Made by a program: the position numbers and the translations under genes. Below, piece after piece: positions 39,697 to 44,925 of a DNA stretch of 44,925 nucleotides; the first letter of the stretch is position 1, and each line of letters starts with the position of its first letter. This stretch comes from Rhizomicrobium sp. (GTDB taxonomy: Bacteria > Pseudomonadota > Alphaproteobacteria > Micropepsales > Micropepsaceae), in contig DATIVW010000152.1 in NCBI GenBank assembly GCA_035465595.1, positions 1-44,925 on the forward strand, given 5' to 3'. The notes below the pieces were generated by a model, which was not told the DNA's origin, searched no databases, and saw nothing but the letters and a program-made list of their open reading frames with translations.

Positions 39697-39828
39697 ACAG
39701 CGTCGCGATAATCTCGACGCGTTCGGATATCCACCAAGCCGATGCTGGTAACTTGCTGGCATCCTCTCGGTGAGAGGCATGGGATGTGCTTTTTTTTGTG
39801 CGTGCCGGCCTGGCACGAGCGGCATCGA

Positions 39829-39859
39829 TCACAAGCTATTGGATTCTCAAAGATATTTT
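39829..39859 (+). repeat. 31-bp direct repeat, copy 2
   Basis: Identical to 27665-27695; 39 nt from the tRNA CCA end. Confidence 0.95.
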
Positions 39860-39898
39860 GACCGTCGTGAACGCACGCGAACTGCGACGAAAGAGTGT

Positions 39899-39976
39899 TG
39901 GTGGGCCCGGTAGGATTCGAACCTACGACCAAGCCGTTATGAGCGGCCGGCTCTAACCAGGCTGAGCTACAGGCCC
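39899..39976 (-). tRNA. tRNA with CAT anticodon, most likely tRNA-Ile2 (lysidine type)
   Basis: GGGCCTGTAGCTCAG...GGCCG-CTCATAA-CGGCT...GGTTCGAATCC...CGGGCCCACCA folds as a cloverleaf; the GGGCC acceptor stem is typical of Ile2 rather than fMet/eMet. Confidence 0.95.
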
Positions 39977-40123
39977 CACCGAGGCGGCTTCTAGCGGATT
40001 TGTCTGCGCCATGCACCCCTCGCGACAGCGTGATGCGCCGAGCCTATCATCCGACACGGCTGCGCCGTTTTTTCGCCGCAGGGGCAGGAGAACGTGAGGC
40101 CGGTTCTTTTCGGGGAGTTTCGA

Positions 40124-40858
40124 ATGGGCAATTCCAGAAAAAAGTTGTCGCGATTCGCAGGCTTCGGCGCCGCGGGCCTTGCGCTCGCCTTGCTGTCCGG
40201 ATCCGCCGCGTCCGGCGCGGACACCGGCGGCACCGGGCCGCGCGTGCTGACGGTCTCCGGACAGGGCGAAGTGCACGGCACGCCGGATCAGGCAATGCTG
40301 TCCGCCGGCGTCGTCACCACGGCGCGCACCGCCGCTTCCGCGCTCGCCGACAATTCGCGCGCCATGAACCAGGTGTTCGCGACGCTCAAGCGCGCGGGCA
40401 TTGCCGACAAGGACATGCAGACGTCCAACTTCTCGGTGCAGCCGCAATATGCCACCGACAAGAACGGCAACACCCTGCAGGACATCACCGGCTACCAGGT
40501 CTCGAACACGGTGAATGTTCGCGTGAACGAGATGGCGAAGGTGGGGCCGACGCTCGATGCCCTGGTGTCGTCCGGCGCCAATTCCATCGGCGACATCGCC
40601 TTCGCCATCAAGGACCCCAAGCCGCTGCTGGCCGAGGCGCGCGCCGCCGCCGTGGCCGATGCCATGGCCCGCGCGCAGACCTTGGCGCGCGCCGCCGGCG
40701 TCACGCTCGGACCGATCACCTCCATCGGCGAGAACAGCTATTCCGAGCCGCGTCCGCTGTATCGCATGGCGATGGCCGCCGCGCCGTCCCAGACACCCAT
40801 TGCCGCCGGCGAAGAGTCGGTGACGGCGGGTGTGAGCATCACCTGGTCGATCCGCTAG
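40124..40858 (+). CDS. SIMPL (DUF541) periplasmic protein
   Basis: Signal peptide; LTVSGQGEV, MQTSNFSVQPQY, GYQVSN. Confidence 0.92.
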   Translation: MGNSRKKLSRFAGFGAAGLALALLSGSAASGADTGGTGPRVLTVSGQGEVHGTPDQAMLSAGVVTTARTAASALADNSRAMNQVFATLKRAGIADKDMQTSNFSVQPQYATDKNGNTLQDITGYQVSNTVNVRVNEMAKVGPTLDALVSSGANSIGDIAFAIKDPKPLLAEARAAAVADAMARAQTLARAAGVTLGPITSIGENSYSEPRPLYRMAMAAAPSQTPIAAGEESVTAGVSITWSIR

Positions 40859-40913
40859 CCTCGGCCCGGCATTGAAGCCGACTACCCTCTTGCCAGAGGG
40901 CGCGCTTCCCGCT

Positions 40914-40931
40914 TAGTCACGGAACGGTCAC
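40914..40931 (+). promoter_or_regulatory. Putative Pho box upstream of DUF47-pit
   Basis: TAGTCAC-GGAA-CGGTCAC, 11-bp period like CTGTCAT-N4-CTGTCAT. Confidence 0.65.
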
Positions 40932-40946
40932 ATTCCGGGGAAGCCC

Positions 40947-41591
40947 ATGTTTCGTTGGTTTCAGGCGCTCATGCCGCGCGAAGACCGATTCTTTGCGTTG
41001 TTCAACCGCCACGCCGACATCCTGGTCTCCGGGGCGGAAGCGCTGCGCGACCTGCTCAAGGGCGGATCGGGAGTCGAGGACGCCTCCCGGCGCGTGATCG
41101 CGTTCGAGAACCAGGCCGACGCTGTCGCGCGCGAGGTGCTGCTGCTGGTGCGCCGGACTTTCATCACGCCGTTCGATCGCGGCGACATCAAGGACCTGAT
41201 CAACACCCTCGACGACACGATCGACCAGATGCAGAAGACCGCCAAGGCGGTGCTGCTGTTCGAGGTGCGCGAGATCGAGCCGGAAATGGCCGAGATGGGC
41301 GACGAGATCGTGCAGGCCGCGAAGCTCACCGTCGAAGCGGTGAAGCTTCTGGGATCACTGCGCGAGAATGCGGTCCGGCTCAACGCGATCACCGAGGAGA
41401 TCATCCGCCTCGAGGACGATTCCGACACGCTCAACGACAAGGGCATCAAGGCCCTGTTCCAGCGCCATAAGGCCGACAACGCCATGGGCTACATCATCGG
41501 CGTGGAGATCTACGATCACCTTGAGAAGGTGATGGACCGCTTCGAGGACGTCGCCAACCGCATCAGCGGCATCGTGATCGAGCAGGTCTGA
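40947..41591 (+). CDS. DUF47 (PhoU-like) Pit accessory protein
   Basis: MPREDRFF, TFITPFDRGDI, LEKVMDRFEDVAN. Confidence 0.93.
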   Translation: MFRWFQALMPREDRFFALFNRHADILVSGAEALRDLLKGGSGVEDASRRVIAFENQADAVAREVLLLVRRTFITPFDRGDIKDLINTLDDTIDQMQKTAKAVLLFEVREIEPEMAEMGDEIVQAAKLTVEAVKLLGSLRENAVRLNAITEEIIRLEDDSDTLNDKGIKALFQRHKADNAMGYIIGVEIYDHLEKVMDRFEDVANRISGIVIEQV

Positions 41592-42574
41592 TGCTTCTCG
41601 TCGCGCTTATCGCGGTCGCGCTCGGGTTCGATTTCCTGAACGGCCGGAACGACGCGGCCAATTCCATCGCCACCATCGTCTCCACGCGCGTCCTGTCGCC
41701 GCGTTACGCCGTGGCCTGGGCCGCGTTCTTCAATTTCGCCGCGTTTCTCGTTTTCGGGCTGCACGTGGCCAGCACCGTCGGCACCGGCATCGTGTCGGCG
41801 GCCGCGATCACCGACCAGGTGATCTTCGGCGCGCTGGTAGGCGCCATAGGCTGGCAGATCATCACGGGATATTTCGGAATTCCTTCCAGTTCCTCGCATG
41901 CGCTGATCGGCGGGTTGGTGGGCGCCGGCGTGGCACATGGCGGCATCGGCATCATCGTGTGGACCGGCCTCGGCAAGACCATCACGGCAATCGTCCTTTC
42001 GCCGACCATCGGCCTTGTCCTCGCGCTGCTGCTGGTATTGCTGGTGTCGTGGGGTTTCCTGCGCGCTGCGCCATCGCGGGTCGACGGCATTTTCCGCCAC
42101 GTGCAGTTCATTTCCGCCTCGCTTCTGTCGCTGGGCCATGGCGGCAACGACGCGCAGAAAACCATGGGTATCATCACCGCGCTGCTCTTCGCCCATGGCG
42201 CGTTAACCGGTGCGTTCCACGTGCCCTTCTGGGTGGTGCTGAGCTGCAACGGCGCGATGGCGCTGGGGACTTTGCTTGGCGGCTGGCGAATTGTGCGTAC
42301 CATGGGCTCGCGAATCACCCGGCTGACGCCGGTTCAGGGCGTCTGTGCGGAGACGGCGGGATCGATAACCTTGTTTCTGGCGACTTACCTCGGCATTCCG
42401 GTGTCCACCACGCACACGATCACAGGTGCTATTGTCGGTGTCGGCGCGGCACGCAGGGCCTCCGCCGTGCGCTGGAACGTGGCGCAACGGATCGTTATTG
42501 CCTGGGTGATTACGATGCCGGCCGCGGGAACTATTGGAGCCTTGGCGTATTATGCGTTCGGTGCGTTCCACTGA
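41591..42574 (+). CDS. pit: PiT family inorganic phosphate transporter
   Basis: NDAANSIAT, PSSSSHAL, HGGNDAQK, PVSTTH. Confidence 0.95.
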   Translation: MLLVALIAVALGFDFLNGRNDAANSIATIVSTRVLSPRYAVAWAAFFNFAAFLVFGLHVASTVGTGIVSAAAITDQVIFGALVGAIGWQIITGYFGIPSSSSHALIGGLVGAGVAHGGIGIIVWTGLGKTITAIVLSPTIGLVLALLLVLLVSWGFLRAAPSRVDGIFRHVQFISASLLSLGHGGNDAQKTMGIITALLFAHGALTGAFHVPFWVVLSCNGAMALGTLLGGWRIVRTMGSRITRLTPVQGVCAETAGSITLFLATYLGIPVSTTHTITGAIVGVGAARRASAVRWNVAQRIVIAWVITMPAAGTIGALAYYAFGAFH

Positions 42575-42575
42575 A

Positions 42576-43028
42576 ATGAGCGTCGCAACACTTCGCACGG
42601 GAAGAAAATTGACGGCCGCCGCGCAATATGCGGCGCTGCCTTATCGCGAAACCGTGAACGGCCTCGAATTCCTGCTCATCACGACGCGCCGGACCCGGCG
42701 CTGGATTGTTCCCAAGGGTTGGCCGATGGACGGCCATGCGCCCCACGCCGCCGCCGCGCGCGAGGCGCTGGAAGAAGCCGGCGTCAGCGGAGAGGTGAGT
42801 GAGAAGCCCATCGGTTCCTATCGCTATTTCAAGGAACGCAAGAGCGGTGAGACGGTGCCCTGCAAGGTCGAGGTCTTTGCGCTGAGGGTGAAACAGCAGC
42901 GCAAAAGCTGGATGGAGAAGGACCTGCGCGAGCTGCGCTGGTGCTCGCTGAACGAAGCATTGGCCTGTGTTGGCGAGCCCGGGCTGCGGCAGCTCATCAG
43001 CCGCTTCGCCGCCGCCCGCGCGAAATAA
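42576..43028 (+). CDS. NUDIX hydrolase (DIPP-like)
   Basis: RWIVPKGW...AAAREALEEAGV Nudix box. Confidence 0.9.
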   Translation: MSVATLRTGRKLTAAAQYAALPYRETVNGLEFLLITTRRTRRWIVPKGWPMDGHAPHAAAAREALEEAGVSGEVSEKPIGSYRYFKERKSGETVPCKVEVFALRVKQQRKSWMEKDLRELRWCSLNEALACVGEPGLRQLISRFAAARAK

Positions 43029-43032
43029 CCCG

Positions 43033-44496
43033 CTACTTCAGGTTCTGCATCAAGCGCATATAGAACGCGACCGCCGGCCCGATGTCGCCGATGGCAAGGC
43101 GTTCATTCGTTCCGTGGACGCGGCTCATGTCGTCCGGTCCCATGTGAAACGGATCGAAGCGGTACACGTCATCGGCGATGGGCAGATAGTGGCGCGAGTC
43201 TGTCGCGCCGGTGGTGACGAGCGGCGCCACTGGGATGCCGTTGAACGAGCCGCGGATCGCAGCGACGACGAACTTGCCGTTGTCGTCGTGCAGATCGGAG
43301 ACCTTCGAGGCTTCGTCCTGCGTTTCGGTCAGCGCGCGCACGTCCACCAGCGGATCGTCGATCGCCTTGCGCACATGCTCGATGACGCTCTGGATCGTGT
43401 CCCGCTGATGCAGGCGGAAATTGATCGTCGCGGTGGCCTCCGGCGGCAACACATTGTCTTTCACGCCGCCCGAGATCATGGTCGGCGCGATCGTGGTGTG
43501 CATCATCGCCGCCGTTTCCGGATTGCCTTCCAGCATGCGCGACACGATGGGCGCCGTCAGCCACAGATTGGCGAGAATCATCCGCTGGAAGAAGGGCACG
43601 TAGGGCGCCAGCACGGTGAACTGTTCGCTTTGAATATCGTCGATACCCGACGCAAAGGGATGGTCCACGACCTTCAGCACCGCTTCGGAAAGCCGCGCGA
43701 TGGCGAGGTCATGTGTCGGGCGAGAGGAGTGCCCTCCTGTTCCGTGCGCCACGAGACGAAGCGTGAGATAGCCCTTCTCCGCGACCGCCAGGAAGGCGAC
43801 GGGCTGCTGAACGCCGGGGAACGGCTCATTGAATATCGTGCCGCCTTCGTCCAGCACCCAGGCGAAATGGACATGGCGCGCGGCAAGCACCTTGGCGACG
43901 TTGCCGTTGCCCTTGCTGCCGCCGACTTCCTCATCCTGTCCAGACGCGAACATGATCGTGCGCTCAGGCGTGAAGCCCGATTGCGCAAGCCGTTCCGCCG
44001 CATCCAGCAACGTTATGAGGCAACCCTTGTCGTCGATCGCGCCGCGGCCCCAGACGAATCCGTCGGCGATGTCGCCTCCGAAGGCATCATGCGACCAATC
44101 CCTGGCGGTGCCGGGCACGACCGGAACCACGTCCATGTGCGCCATCAGGAGGATGGGCTTGGCGTTCGGATTCTTGCCTTTCCAGGTGAAGAGAAGGCTC
44201 TTGCCGATGATCTCGCGCGTCGCCGCGTGATGGAACGCAGGATAGGTCTGCTCCATCCACGCGCGCAGCGCATCCAGCTGCGCATTCTTCTGGTCTTCGT
44301 GCAGGCCGTCGCCATAGGAGACCGTCTTGAAGCGGATGGCGGCGGCCAGATGCCGCGCGACATCCATAGAATTGACGCTTATCGGCGGCTGTACGTTTTC
44401 CAACGGAGGCGGCGTGGCAATCATCGCCGTTCGCGTCAGCACGATCACAACAATGAGAACCACGGCCGCGATGGCGCCGAGCAACACCCGATTCAT
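43033..44496 (-). CDS. M20 family peptidase/amidohydrolase with N-terminal anchor
   Basis: AHMDVVP, GRGAIDDK, DEE, GGHSS, TDSRHY, RVHG. Confidence 0.92.
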   Translation of the reverse strand: MNRVLLGAIAAVVLIVVIVLTRTAMIATPPPLENVQPPISVNSMDVARHLAAAIRFKTVSYGDGLHEDQKNAQLDALRAWMEQTYPAFHHAATREIIGKSLLFTWKGKNPNAKPILLMAHMDVVPVVPGTARDWSHDAFGGDIADGFVWGRGAIDDKGCLITLLDAAERLAQSGFTPERTIMFASGQDEEVGGSKGNGNVAKVLAARHVHFAWVLDEGGTIFNEPFPGVQQPVAFLAVAEKGYLTLRLVAHGTGGHSSRPTHDLAIARLSEAVLKVVDHPFASGIDDIQSEQFTVLAPYVPFFQRMILANLWLTAPIVSRMLEGNPETAAMMHTTIAPTMISGGVKDNVLPPEATATINFRLHQRDTIQSVIEHVRKAIDDPLVDVRALTETQDEASKVSDLHDDNGKFVVAAIRGSFNGIPVAPLVTTGATDSRHYLPIADDVYRFDPFHMGPDDMSRVHGTNERLAIGDIGPAVAFYMRLMQNLK

Positions 44497-44593
44497 GCGG
44501 ATCCCCCTTGCGGTTGCCCGTGCCCCCGCCCAATTGGTACATCCTAGAGCCGACGCCGCACAGTTCAATGGCGCGGCCAGAATCCAGGATCAA

Positions 44594-44925
44594 ATGTCCC
44601 GCAATCCCTTCTTCGAAGTCTGGAATACGCCTTTCGGCGCTCCCCCATTCGCAGAAATCCGGCCCGAGCATTTTCTTCCGGCCTATGAGCGCGCCTTTGC
44701 GGAACATGCGCGGGAGATCATGGCGATCGCGGCGGAAGCCAGAGCGCCGACCTTTGAAAACACAATCGCTGCTCTGGAAATGAGCGGGCGGGCCCTCTCG
44801 CGGATCGAGCTGGTGTTCGGCAATCTGGCATCATCGGATACCAATGACGAACTGCAGACCATCGAACGCGAACTGGCGCCCCTGCAGGCGCGCCACTGGA
44901 ACGCGATCTTCCTGAACGCCGATCT
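44594..44925 (+). CDS. dcp: M3 family peptidyl-dipeptidase, truncated by the window end
   Basis: MSRNPFFEVWNTPFGAPPFAEIRPEHFLPA...PTFENTIAALE read from ATG 44594 (not in the ORF track). Confidence 0.88.
   Translation, partial: MSRNPFFEVWNTPFGAPPFAEIRPEHFLPAYERAFAEHAREIMAIAAEARAPTFENTIAALEMSGRALSRIELVFGNLASSDTNDELQTIERELAPLQARHWNAIFLNAD

Larger units (their letters stand above)
3662..39898. mobile_element. Putative composite genomic island at tRNA-Ile2; left boundary approximate; no integrase seen
   Basis: Accessory modules, gene remnants, AT-rich junctions, visibly more A/T at third codon positions than the flanks (qualitative), abuts the tRNA 3' end. Confidence 0.65.

Overview
GC-rich alphaproteobacterial chromosome segment. 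Core-like flanks (VOC protein, PNPOx-like protein, purU, metK on the left; SIMPL protein, DUF47-pit, NUDIX, M20 peptidase, dcp on the right) enclose an accessory region of about 36 kb that ends at the 3' end of a tRNA-Ile2(CAU) gene. No integrase or transposase is visible. The region holds five blocks: (1) sulfide/persulfide oxidation (tauE, BigR/SqrR-like regulator, PDO, RND+MFP, rhodanese, sqr, DUF2892); (2) an uncharacterised LysR, two-domain GNAT, apparently inactive isochorismatase-fold protein and small protein; (3) a MacAB-like ABC exporter; (4) an XRE regulator with a Ni-less Ehr (Hyf-like) membrane complex and a coupled spermidine-synthase-fold SAM-binding protein; (5) a narK-narGHJI-ppiC-mobA block with a TDT transporter, bracketed by a perfect 31-bp direct repeat. 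Four FNR/FixK-type boxes (before sqr, macA, narK and the TDT gene) suggest host low-oxygen control across the blocks. The best candidate for an undescribed system is 12.2-27.6 kb. All product calls come from motif recognition by eye; no searches were run.
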